From contig JBLDXI010000001.1 of NCBI GenBank assembly GCA_047495785.1, positions 2,852,001 through 2,916,000 on the forward strand: a DNA stretch of 64,000 nt, written 5' to 3'. Positions 25,851 through 37,945 of this stretch are shown piece after piece. Position numbers and translations under genes: made by a program. The DNA comes from Lepidodermella squamata. Taxonomy: Eukaryota > Animalia > Gastrotricha. A model generated the notes under the pieces. That model was not told the DNA's origin and did no database searches. It worked only from the letters and a program-made list of their open reading frames with translations. How positions within the stretch are numbered: position 1 is the first letter of the stretch; each line of letters opens with the position of its first letter.

Positions 25851-28800
25851 TAGAAATTACTAAAATCTATCAACTCATCACCATCATTTTATGGCGGACA
25901 AAAAATGTGTTCTATCAATAACACCACTACTACAATTATCGCACACCGAGTGTCTTTTGTTGTGCTATTCTTCATCCTTAATTACTAAATATTTCATTTC
26001 TAATCTGGCGTACAAGTTATCATAGAGGAAATCAGTCGTGCCCCATCTTTCACCACGCGTTCGTCTCGGGTAACTGAATTTCTAAAAAATTAGCCGTTAT
26101 AATTTTTCTCTATGATAATCTCTCAACTATAGTGAAGTTTGTTGGCGCATTTCGAATGATAATTATCAAACCGGAATAGTATTGCGTTAATAATTAGGGC
26201 GCATGCGTATCGATCGGCTAGTCAGCAAACTTCGGTGTTTTGCATGTTTAAAACGCGATGATTAAAAACCATGATAGACACGAAAAGAACCTACATTATA
26301 GGTAACTATATATCACTTGAAAAGTTCGTATTTTGAAGGTCGCGCCTGTCTTTCCTTTGAAAAAATGATAATAATAATGGAATGTCGATGTTACTACTAT
26401 TATTCTACCTAACTTTCTTTGCATCGAATGAGATCTTTGTTTCGTTTCATGTTTTATTCGCTTCTTTCTTGGCTTGAAAATCAAGAAGATCAGCTCCGCT
26501 ACCAAAAGACGACCACACCTCGCAATGCATTGCATAATTTTAATCGATTTACTTATTCGTGTGCCAATTGAAACAAAAATAACTGGCAAAAACGTGAATT
26601 TATTGTCAAAAAAGATAGTATACAAGCAAATTTGTGACAAAAATAGCGAGCAAATGTAGTTGGAACCTAGCACTTCAATCTCTTTAATCGATTAATATAA
26701 TTATAATACTGGCTTGATCTCTGTTCTCGCAGTAATTGTAAATAATTCGATCCATTTTATTCATTCAATTGAGAAGCCGTTTGATGGAAAATCTCTCTAT
26801 TCCCGTTCTTTTTCGCGTCGGATTGTAGTATTAATAATATTATGATATAGCGAGAAATGTTATTGCTAATTAATATTGTGAAGACTACCATTTTTGCAGC
26901 TATTTTTTCAGCTACAACGCCCGTATAATATTTTACGCTCTCCTGACAAGGTGAACAAAAATTCAATTAATTACCTTCTTTTTCTGTATACATGCGAATA
27001 ATAGTATTGGAAACTTATTCGAGGAAACGCAGAAGCTTTGTGCAATTTTCAAGTGCATATTCACATGCCCACCGTAACGCACTTCAGTTTTATTATTGTT
27101 ATTATTATTGTTATTTCTTCTTCATTCGCTTTTCAAGAGAGAACGAGAGAGTGAGCGAGAAAATTGTTATTTTATTCAGTAGCTTTCCAACCGCAATGCT
27201 TTTTCTGACTCTACAGTGACAAATAACGACGAGTTTTAGACGTGTAGCAGTTTTTCAACACCTACTTGCGACATTTTCTGTGTAATACACTTGCTAGAGA
27301 ACGATATTGTGTCATTTTTAGGGTATTATATTGTTTTGTTGTTGATAATCTCTTTTAGCAGCGGTATGAAACAATGATAATACAGGTATTAATTTGCATG
27401 CCCCATCTCCTAATTGCATAAAAAAGCTGTTCTTGATATCTCCTTTTAATTCTGTTTTCCGTGGCTTTGTTGCGATTGAAAAAAATATTGTTTTAATGCA
27501 TAAAATTTAGTAGTATTAATATTATTATTAATCGTTGATGTGGGTGCAGAGGCCTGCATTTGCAAAAACTAATTCTATAAAATGATGAAATTGAAAATAA
27601 AGGAAAAAACGTCGTTCAATTTTTAGCAGAGGTGTGTATGTCTGTGTTCTGGTTTAAGCTTAATTCTGTTCAGAGTCGAGTGCTGTATCAACTTCTTGAT
27701 TTTTGAATCTGAGACCGATTTCCGGCTCCGGCGTGTTCGCGCATCGCCATGGTCACGATTGTTTAAAAAATGACGAAATATTGATTTGATCGTGGAACCC
27801 TAATACCGAATCATGAGGGGCAGAATCTGAGCATGGACGCTTGGCTGAAGTTGAATTCATAAAAAATGGGACAGGACCGAACTCGCCTGTAACCTAAGCG
27901 TCAGAACATTTTGTGAGATTCCGCAAAATCTAGATTTTTGTAAATGGATTGTTGAGTGACAAAGCCACGGATCTTCGCAAGTGACACAAATGCCAGCTTA
28001 ATTTCAATTTTTACTGTTCTTTATAAAATTGAAAAATTGAAAAATAGCGGAACCGTTTTAGAGGACAAACCCTGAATTGATGGCAGGTGTTTTCTGTCGT
28101 TCGAAAAATGAAAGACTGTCAAGCAATGATGAGGTCTTGAAGTATTATTTTTATTTTCTCTTTAACTAATTTTACTCAGACTGCGGCTGTCCGGCTGTGT
28201 GTTTATTTGTCACCCGTTTTTTTTACCTGTCAACATATCGCGGGTAATGAGTAGGGACTGGTGAATTTATAATTATTGTTAGGTAGCGGTTATACAGGAT
28301 TGCCTGACCGGGACGAAATTCGCGCATACATTCAAGTTTATAAAGGAACCACACGGTTTGGGTGCTTATATATTACCCGGCAGAGGTGGACTTTGCAACC
28401 ATCACTCGCGATCCATAATTTGCATCGAATTTTCACTGTGGCAATCAATCTTGAAAAGGTCTTCATTACTCATGTAAGAATGTACCATGAAAAGCGGTAA
28501 TTTAGCCGAAAAAACGGGCTTTCGAATAAGCTATCTGGTAGCTTTCCAGTGTTCACACTGCAAGTTGGATACCAAAACATCCGTTTAATTGTCGATTGAC
28601 AGGTCGAACCCGGCCAAAAACAGATGAAATCAATCCATTCTATCAAGGTAAAAGCGATCAGAGCTAAGTGGGGCAATGTGGCAACGTGACCATCATTTCA
28701 CGCGAGGATTATCGATATGGCTAAACCCAGGACGCAGATACATCGATCAGCTTTGAGCCATGCACACATTTTACTGAGCATTTCATGCGATTTACCCTTC

Positions 28801-29020
28801 AAAATTCAGATGGCTGAAGCTCTAGGTTCCCACAACGGTTTCAAAGTTCAATGTATCGTTGGAAAGCTGCCATCGAGAGGAATATGTCCAAGAAATAGCC
28901 GGCCAAGTTACCTCACACTGAAAAAGAAAAATTAGGGTGCGCAAAAATTGCAATCAGCTGAATCTGCTGAAATCAGCTGGGCGGATAGGGCGAGATTTCG
29001 AAGGTGAAGGTTTCGACTAC

Positions 29021-29169
29021 ATACGCACCCTATTCACAAACTCTGCATGCGTATGCGTTATGTTTTTGCTGAACGGCGTTGTCACCTAAAAAAGGCTTGC
29101 TTTGACCGGGGATCGAACCCGGGTGACTTGTTTGTGAGATCGGCATAACACCGATTACACTAACAAGAC
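29021..29169 (-). mobile_element. tRNA-derived SINE-like copy (degenerate tRNA head plus shared body)
   Basis: Minus strand has A-box-like TAGTGTAATCGG and B box GGTTCGATCCC with T-arm CCGGG/CCCGG. Acceptor and anticodon stems do not pair. The downstream body matches 29573-29628 in inverse orientation. Confidence 0.55.
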
Positions 29170-29477
29170 GCATGATTTCGAGTTGTAGTAATCAGTACTT
29201 GACGGATCACGCATCGTGATACAATTATTAATTAATATAATTGGTAATTATTTATAGAGCACTTAAAATTTCTTATTTATTTATCCCAAATGACCCCAAA
29301 AGGTACAGGGAATTAAAAAAAATTCTTCTGAATTTTTATGATTTTTTCCTGAATTTCCATCGAGTTTTTGATAATTATTCAATTAGTCATAATAATTAAT
29401 ATTTTCAACTTCAATGTTCGCAGAGTTGTGATGGTGGCACGATTAAAACCGGAGAAATTATCTCACTGTTTGCGTAA

Positions 29478-29628
29478 GTCGTTGTGGCGAGGTTGGTTAT
29501 TGACTGGCCTCGACGATGGGAGGCTCGGGTTCGAACCCCGCTCACCACACGACTTTTTTAAGCGATCAGGCCTCGTTGCAAAAATACATAACGCTTACGC
29601 ATTCAGAGTTTGTGAATCGGTCGTATGT
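29478..29628 (+). mobile_element. tRNA-derived SINE-like copy
   Basis: A box TGGCGAGGTTGG, B box GGTTCGAACCC, followed by body CATAACGCTTACGCATTCAGAGTTTGTGAAT shared with the inverse copy at 29021-29077. Confidence 0.55.
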
Positions 29629-29953
29629 GATATGTTTTTCTTAAAACATGCGAGCGAGGCAAAAAACTTAACGCAAAACTTGTCTACTTATTTCATGCAG
29701 AGTTTGTGCGGAGACCTTTAGGATCACTTTTGCGCTTTCTGGTCGCAATGTGCACAAAATGCAGAATGCATCATTATTTAGGTAATAATGTCGCATTCAT
29801 CGATTTCCTTGACTTATTTTATGTCGAATATGGATATTGAACCGGGTTGGTATTACTTAAAACCGGTGCCGGCTAACCCTGCGCGTCATACCACTTGGCC
29901 TAGTGAGAGGCGAGAAAAACCTTAAGAAAGTATCACATTTATTCAAGAGAGGT

Positions 29954-30299
29954 CCAGAGCAGGGCTGGCATATGTTGGCATGTATAAACAGGAATGTAAA
30001 AACATGTAAAAACATGTAAAAAATATTGAATAAAATCTGTTTTTACTCAAATTCTGTAAAAACTAGGTCGGTATGACAGGAAAGGAAACTGGCTTCCCCA
30101 AAAAAGCTTTCGCTGGCTATTTGAATGGTTTGAAGATCAAGAAAAAGACAATTTATCATAATTGATGATAAAATTAGGTAAATAATAATGGGAAAAGAGA
30201 GCAAAATAGGAATGGGATAATGGCCAAACACAAATGTTAGTTTTTTACATGTTTTTACATGTTAAAATTATGAACAACACTGTAAATACCCATCTCTGG
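29954..30299. repeat. Possible MITE with inverted subterminal ACATGTAAAA repeats
   Basis: ATGTAAAAACATGTAAAAACATGTAAAAAA (~29993-30023) is inverse to TTTTTTACATGTTTTTACATGTT (30241-30263). Ends CCAGAG / CTCTGG. No TSD seen. Confidence 0.35.
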
Positions 30300-30856
30300 T
30301 TCGGAGGATAAACTAATCATTACTCATCATCATTTGTTTATGCTTTTCCAAAGGTTTGCTGAAAAAAACTGAGATTGTCAAAATTGTACCTCGCTTGACA
30401 AAGTCTTTACCTTTATTTACCTGTTCGATGCTCCAAGCCTAAACTGATTTAAGCTGGCCTTTGGCATACAAATTAGTGCCAAGTTATTATGGTGACATCA
30501 GATTTCCCAAATTCAACAATCCTGAATGTTTATAATTTATTTTAGAAAAGAGTGTCGGCAGTTACTGGTCGGCAGTTGTCAAAATTGTACAGCTCATTTT
30601 ACAGCCAAGAGCTCTATAATGAATAAACATTGAGAAGAAGGCCAATTAGATACTTTATTTTGCTATTCCGTGCCATCCAAGATAACAAATTTCATTTGCT
30701 TATTTGAAGAGAATAATCAACTCTGGTATATGTCGTTGAACTCAGTGATGAAATCAAAAAAGACATAATAGCGAAGGTTGTTATTCTTAAAAGCACTGAT
30801 CGACTCTTGAATAAGTAAGGTATCATTGAGCTCAAACTGAACACCGGTTATATCTG

Positions 30857-33823
30857 TCACGGCTGCTGATCGAAGCGGTCGTGCTTGACTTTTGTTCTTT
30901 GCAGACGGTCCGCCAGTTCATTATTGATCAACGAATCTGCTGCCGGATTTGAAATAGTCAGCGATGATAACGTCTGGTTGAGCTGACGCGTGTCCAAGTC
31001 AAAAAATTCAGGTTCAACCTCGACGATAGGCATTTCTTGCCAACATATACTTTTGCCGCAACCAACAGTGTTTTTTTCTGCCATATCCAGATTCACATCG
31101 AGCTGTCTACGCCCAGTAATGGCGTCTCTGTAGAGCTTGATGCTATGATCGGCGATATGTGGCATAAGCCAGGCCTTCGAGCCGCTGATTGCTTTTTGAT
31201 AGCTCGTATTAGTGTGATCGAGCATTAAGCTCATTTGGTGCAGTGCATCAACTTTGTGAAAATCGAGAGGAAAAGCAAATAGCTCATTGAGAATATTGTT
31301 AAGCAACACCGCAGTTCGCTCATTGTCTTGGCAATTTTTAACAATAAGCCCGGCCTTAGCAGCTATCAGCTTGTCCACCATTTCAAGCCAATTTTCGTAG
31401 AGTTCAAACTTCATCAGCAACACAGTCATTTCCTGCCACATCCCAACGATATCGAGATTGCATGATAAACTTTCTTTATTGCGTGGATTGTGATTCAAAA
31501 ACGTGAAAATACTGCGAAGACTCCCAACAGATATGCTGTCAAGTTGGCTTTTGCGAAAGTCAATGCGCTTGACCTGGCTTAAAGGTTTTACCGTGATGGG
31601 CGCTTTATCAAATACGTAACCATCTGATTTATTCGCGGCCTTCTTCCAGAGCCATTTGAAAATTTTCCTACCCGAATGGAACACAGAGACGGCGGATGGC
31701 AGAGATCCGCAGAAAGTAGTGCCGTCGCAACCTTCCACGCGAGTCCAGACACAGTTACAATATGGACACTTGCGAAACGGATGCTCCGAGTCAAGGCTGC
31801 CTTCCAAATGACTTCTCGACTGTAAACAGTGATCAAAATACGCTCTCACTTTGGAATTCAGCTCCTCGCGCAAGTATTTCGACCAGTAGTAATCGTCAAC
31901 TCTTGTAACGTCCAGGTTGTTTTCGCGCACGAATTCCTCAACCAATTCGTTGAAACGCTGCTTCATATCTTGAAGCATGCACAACATAAAATCTTGCCGT
32001 TCTAACGGTCCCTTGATACGCTGGGCATTGTCGACGACGGATTTTACGAAGAGGCTCGCCTCGGCTATAGCATCGCCAGCCGATTTCAGAACACCCTGTT
32101 CATTTCTTCTGAGGTCAAAGTAACGTGAAAGATCTTCGACTGATATTTCGATCACCGCAGCTCCCGTCAAATGGTGCTGGCCTATACAGTCGACGAATAG
32201 TTCCTCAACATGCGACATATCTTTGGAGATGTAAAGCGTACTGTCGACGCCGAATCGCTGAGTCATTTTCACCTGAACGCGACGTTGAACCTCAGCTTTA
32301 CTCGTTCGTAATTTCTCGGCGAAATCCCAATGTGTCACAACGATTGTAATGTTGTTCTTCAAATCAGCAGCTAGCGGATCAACAACACATGCCACGTCGG
32401 TCACCATATTATCCATGCGGTTGTCAAATTTGCATAGTACAAAAATTCGCGTGAGAGGTCGATACCGCAGCGCGTTTGCTATGTGAATAGCATGGTCGAC
32501 ACGGTTATCTATTGACCTGTAGCCAGGCGTATCGGCGAATTCAAACATTGGCATTGAATAAACTGTGGTCTCAGTTGTGACACTCTCGTCGAAGTCGCTT
32601 GTCACCAACGGTTTCCGAATCAACCGCTCTGCTAGTGTAGTTTTCCCGCAACCAACTGCACCAATGAGAACGATATAGGGCAAAGCTAGTAAACATAAAA
32701 TTTGAGTTGGGGATAACTTTTAAAGAAATAGAAAAGCTCAGAACTCAAGTAGGGATGCTCGGCAGCTTGTGACATGGTGAAACGGTCGATAGGTGAATCT
32801 TTGAGAAGGTTATTGACTAGATCATCCAGTTTAGCGTTGTAACCACAATCGGAGGGTTTAATTTGCCTATTGAGCTGTGAATAACAGTACATGATATTGT
32901 TTATTGTTCACATCTAGCCTAAAAAAAACGGTATTCCTACCTTCAACTCGAAAGTAGCCATCTCATTGATTGTAACGCCGAGTGACCAGTTGTCACACTG
33001 CTGTGTGTATTTTTGCCCACCTCTGAACTCAGGCGCGAGGTAAGGCAGAGTTCCAGCTGGCGTATCTGTTACCCTAAACCGACCAAACTAAAAACCAACA
33101 CTCGATTCTAAAATCTCATTTAAATTACTCATCCTCCCGTTTCGCCAATCCGAAGTCGCCAAGTTTAATGACACGCTGATTATCGCTTAGCAGAATATTC
33201 TAGAGGGATGAAAGAGTAATTTTTCGGCAAATGCAGCTTGTCATTTTGATTTACATCTGGCTTGATGTCGCGATGTACAAGAGAGCAATTATGCATGTAG
33301 TTGAGTGCATCGACCATTTGCTTTGACCATGACAGCAGAACTAGCTGGGGCAAACGTTCACGATTAAAGACAGCTTTATTGATGGCTTGGCGCAACGATC
33401 CGCCATCACAGTATTCCATCAAAATACAAAGAGTTTGTTCGCTCGCATCTTCTGTAAAATCAGACGAATTTAAGTCGTGTAGACGGAAACGTACTTCGAA
33501 CCTATGACGATCGCATCAAACACGGCAACTACGTTCTTGCACTGGACGTACTTCATGTTTTCAGCCTGCAAAATGTAATTATTATTTTGTTGGGATTATG
33601 ATGCGGCTATAACCTCCAGCAGAACTCCTTTCCACAACTTCTCACCCAACTCCTGACTGCCCCTTGTTTTCGACATCAATTTAGATTTGACGACTTTTTT
33701 TAGAGCGTAATGAGTATTCCCCGCGTTGCTTTCCTTAACCATAAATACATCTCCGAAGCTGCCTGAACCCAGTGGTCGGATGGTGTCGTAAAATCCTAGC
33801 CTGTCCAATGATTGTGTAGCCAT
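30857..33823 (-). CDS. Ser/Thr kinase (NEK-like) fused to AIG1/GIMAP-like P-loop GTPase and Cys-rich C-terminal region, ~877 aa, 7 exons
   Basis: Exons 33614-33823, 33502-33565, 33255-33451, 33129-33199, 32941-33073, 32745-32874, 30857-32685 sum to 2634 nt with no internal stop. Kinase motifs GSGSFG, YALK, MEYCDGG, HRDIKPDN, KLGDFG, YLAPE, DNWSLG. GTPase motifs GAVGCGKT, SVT, DTPG, VVTHWD. The GTPase ORF has no ATG ahead of its P-loop and is preceded by a splice acceptor. Confidence 0.82.
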
Positions 33824-34018
33824 TGATTGCCGCGATGAAATAGAATATGATTCTAGTCTGTTCTAGGCTTGTTTAAAAAGTCTGAAAGAAGACAGCGAAA
33901 CAGAGACCGGAAGAAAAAGATAAGGGAAAAAGGAAGCAGTGATAAGTTCATACATTTATTAAACCTCCTGATTTTTTTGCCTTCGAGAAATGTGATAAAT
34001 TTGCCGGCAATTTTATCT

Positions 34019-34343
34019 AGAGCGCGAAGAATTTGCGACCATTTTCCCTTTTTATTTGAGACTGTGACGTTTCGACGTCATCTGACGTCATCTTCAGACA
34101 TTAAAGAAATCTATAAGACATCAAGATAGAAAGCGGTTTAAACTAGACAACAACAACAACAACAATTAGAGTATAATTTGAAAAGAGGCTACAACAAGAC
34201 AGATTAATCTATTTAAATAGTTTCGCCTTAATTGAATCCTTCTGGGTGTTTCTTTCTTTAATGTCTGAAGATGACGTCAGATGACGTCGAAACGTCACAG
34301 TCTCAAATAAAAAGGGAAAATGGTCGCAAATTCTTCGCGCTCT
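34019..34343. mobile_element. MITE / palindromic element with ~91-bp inverted arms
   Basis: 34019-34110 is essentially the reverse complement of 34253-34343. The spacer contains an (ACA)n run. Confidence 0.85.
34083..34090. promoter_or_regulatory. Perfect CRE palindrome TGACGTCA (second copy at 34272-34279)
   Basis: Exact CREB/ATF consensus in each MITE arm plus adjacent TGACG/CGTCA half-sites, 260-450 bp upstream of the kinase ATG. Function not shown. Confidence 0.35.
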
Positions 34344-34986
34344 TGTTCACATTGAGAATTACAAAAAAGAAACATCTTATCAATTTTATCTAGCATCGCC
34401 GAAATTGCCAATGGGAACTGCCCACTTTTAGAAGCATCTTTTACCTTCTAGGCAAACGTTCCACGTTCTACTCGAATAATTCTCCCCATGTTTAACAAAT
34501 TCGGCATCTTCCTACGAGATCTTCTTTTCTCTTTTTTCCATGCTTCACCGAGGCATTACTTCAAATTGATCCTTTCAACTTTCATGAAACCAAATAGAGA
34601 TAGAATTATGGTTCGTCGACAAAACCAGGGGCAAAAAATTACTGATACTATAAAGTCTTATCGATAGAATTAGCTTAGCTTATCACCACCTCGCTGTAGC
34701 TCATTGTTCGCTGGCTATGGCGACAAATTCGATACTGCGAACGCTACGAAAGGAAGCTTGTATGTAGTATGTAGTCATTCATCTTTTTCCTGCCTGGTGG
34801 GTTCCCCCAAGCAAAACATTCACAGAAACAGAACCAATAGGAAAACGAATAACACTTTATTCAAAAATAAATCGACATGGCGATGAGTATTGTCGAAACA
34901 ACCATGCTATTGGCAAATTTTCATTTTAAAAAATCAACAGCGGAAAACTAGGCATTACTTTGGCATATAAAACATAGTAGAATATT

Positions 34987-37945
34987 TCAATTTGTAATAT
35001 TTTCATGATTATCAGTGTCCTTGTCATGTTCTGGCTGCTCGCTGTCGTGGTGATCTCGAGAGCTTTGAATGTTCGAGGTCTGAGTCGGTGGTCGAGTGTC
35101 CCATACTGTCCGACGAGCCTTGAGATTAGGCGGCCGAAACGGAACCCCAGCTCCGTCATTAGTCGGCTCAGTTCGGCTCGAAGGCCCTCGGTGGGGATCA
35201 AAGGATCCTGAAAGAAACAGCGATTGTCTTAAATTTCCGAGCTTCAAGAGTATTCAAAGGAGAAATTTACCCGAGTGATGAGCCGAAAAACCGTCGTGAG
35301 TAGTTTTCGATCGAATTGTAGTGTCGACAGGCTTAGGAATGTCTTGAGAGAGAGCGTGCTTGCCAAACTGATAAAATCATTTAGATATTCAGTTTTCGTT
35401 CGAAATTTTAATGAAGGTTTTAAAATTGATATTCTCATTATTAAAAAATTTGAAATTGATTTTAATGTAAAGAATCTTACCACAAAAGCAACTGCGGAAG
35501 TGTGTAGTTGGGCCGCCTGTTTTTCGAGGTACCGCCGCACGAACATTTCATCCTTGAGCGCGTGCAAGCTCGCCTGTAAAATGTTGAATTTTTTCTCCCA
35601 CATGCGATGCACGCGGTCCAATTCACGCCGCATGCGCTCAACTTCAGCCTCAGCACGCTGTTTTGCAGCTCGCATCGCCTCAACATCGCGATCGTCCTTG
35701 CTTCGCTCCAAAATCGCTTTCCGCTCCTTTAATTTCATAGGAAATATTTTAAAATTCGATTTAAAAGGATTAAAATGGAAATTACCTTCGCAAGTTCTTG
35801 TTCAACGCGTCGCTTTTCCTCATTTAGAGCACCATACTTGGCCCGTTCTTCCAGCAGCAACTGCGCCATTTCTTGCTTATGCTGCTGCCTTAATTCTTCC
35901 CTGGCAGCATCGATTGAAGCTTGGACATCCAATTCCAGAGCGGCAAGTTTTTCCTTGAGCTGTTTATCACACAAAATTCGTTATAAATTTTGCAAAAATT
36001 ATAATTCAACAGAAAATATTGAACAGACAGGTGATTTTAGCGTTTAATTTGTGCTATACGCCTAACGACCAATTATACCTTGGCCTTACGAGCCCTCGGC
36101 GAACTCTGTCGTTCCAATTCGTTAAGCTGTTTTTTAGCAAGCAGAGTATAATAAAGGTTCAAGCAGATAAAAGCTTCGGATAATTCTACATTGATACCAT
36201 ATACTATTGATTTTTCTATCGCTAGTAGCTAAATTCTGCTGAAAATGGCCCGACTTTAAATGAAAAATTGTCTATCAAATTAAAGGGGTAAAACCGGGTC
36301 GTCTAATTGATCGGATATTTCCAAAATTTACCCTTTTAACCGATGGATTACTGCTTATCTGTTTGTAAAGAAGCAGATGAACAAGATGCAAATGATTTTT
36401 CAGACAGTAAGCCCAGATCAGAAATTGAAGGGGGAAATCGTAAAAGAATAAGGGATGAGTGCAACAAATCACACATACGTGCTGTTCCCTATCAATCTGT
36501 CTTCGCAATGCTAACTCCTGATTCAAGTTAGGCATATCAAAAAACGATAATTTTGGGAATTGAGGTCAAAATACGAACCTGCGCTTTGTACTTTTCAGCC
36601 TGCGATACCATGTCATTCTCCAATCTCGCTTTATCTTGCAAAACTCTCTGCATCTCGGTGGTGGCATTAGCATGGTCTGATCCTAATTCTTGCATTTCCT
36701 TCTCGAGCTTGGTAATTTGAGCATCTCGAGCCTTCAAAACCATTTCGAGCTCGAGTATTTTCGATTTCATGTCATTGATGGTGTTATCTTGAAGTTGTAG
36801 CTTGACCATCAGCGCCGGATCTGCAGCGGGCTTGTTCGAGTCGTTGAAAGGCGAAACTGCAACTGAAACCATTTCTTCTTCGCCCTGAAAGCAAAGCGCG
36901 CAATTTTAATAGTTCCAATGTAGCAACACCAAGATCATACCTCGTTCCAATCGATAGTTGTTTGCTGTCTGGATCGCTCCAAATCGCTCATTTGGCGAGT
37001 CATGCTTTGAATGTGATCTTCTAGTTGACGAACGCGGTCTTTCAAACGTAGGTTCTCCGAGGTGTATTTATCAGCTAGATCTGTTTGACGCAATTCGACT
37101 GTCTTGAGCTTGAGATTCATGTTTTTCTATAAAAATCGGAAAAGCAATATTGAATAAAAGGCCAAAATTAGAAAGAAATGAATATAGCAGGCCAGCAAAA
37201 TGATTCAAAGCCGCGCAATAAACTAAACAATATATCGGCATTCTAAACTTACACGACCCTTGTGATCATTTATTATACAATAATCAATATATGAATGTTT
37301 TCAAATAAAGCTGAACATACAGTGTACATGGTGCTGAGATTTGAAATGGCATCAGCCAGTTGCTGTTTGTACGCACGCCTAGTTCGCTCGAGAGTCTGTC
37401 ATCAAAACTCAATGAACAGAGGTCTGGCCATTAGGAAATAATCATACCGCGTCATTTTGTCGTTGAACATCCCTGAGAAGTTCAGCACATTGATCGTAGC
37501 TATAGAAAAAGACAGTATATCAACACAAGCACGCTAGGTGACTTAACTCACATCAGATTTGCTTTGGTATTGACCAAGTTCTGATATTCCGTCATTGTCG
37601 ACTCATAAAAGACTTCAAGCCTTGATTTCAAATTCTTGGAGTCTTCTGATAGCCCCATGAGCACTTTGGTTGCATTCTTCACTTCAACTATTTCAGATTC
37701 CTCAGTTTGAGTAGCCTCGTCAGCGATCGATGCGCCTGCGTAATAGACATCAGCAGCAGAGATCCTTTTCAAAGCAATAAGGTGTGATGCAATTTAGATA
37801 ATTGGCGAACTCTTTACTTTTTGGTTTTAATTTTTTCCATGATCGACTCATAGCGCGTCTTGATGGCGCTAATCTCTGCATCGAACTCAGGGTTAGCTGA
37901 AAATTCGAATGCAGGCAAAGAAGATTTGTGGACCATCAACGTCAT
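34987..37945 (-). CDS. C10orf67-like (DUF4709) coiled-coil protein, multi-exon
   Basis: ADEATQTEESEIVEVK, RRAYKQQLADAISNLSTMY and ELDRVHRMWEKKFNILQASLHALKDEMF recall C10orf67-family segments (from memory). Long heptad coiled-coil exons. Last two exons splice in frame to the stop at 34987; ATG at 37943-37945. Confidence 0.72.

Noticed and set aside
29097-29550. Functional tRNA genes
   Set aside because: Only A/B boxes and the T-arm are retained; acceptor and anticodon stems do not pair.
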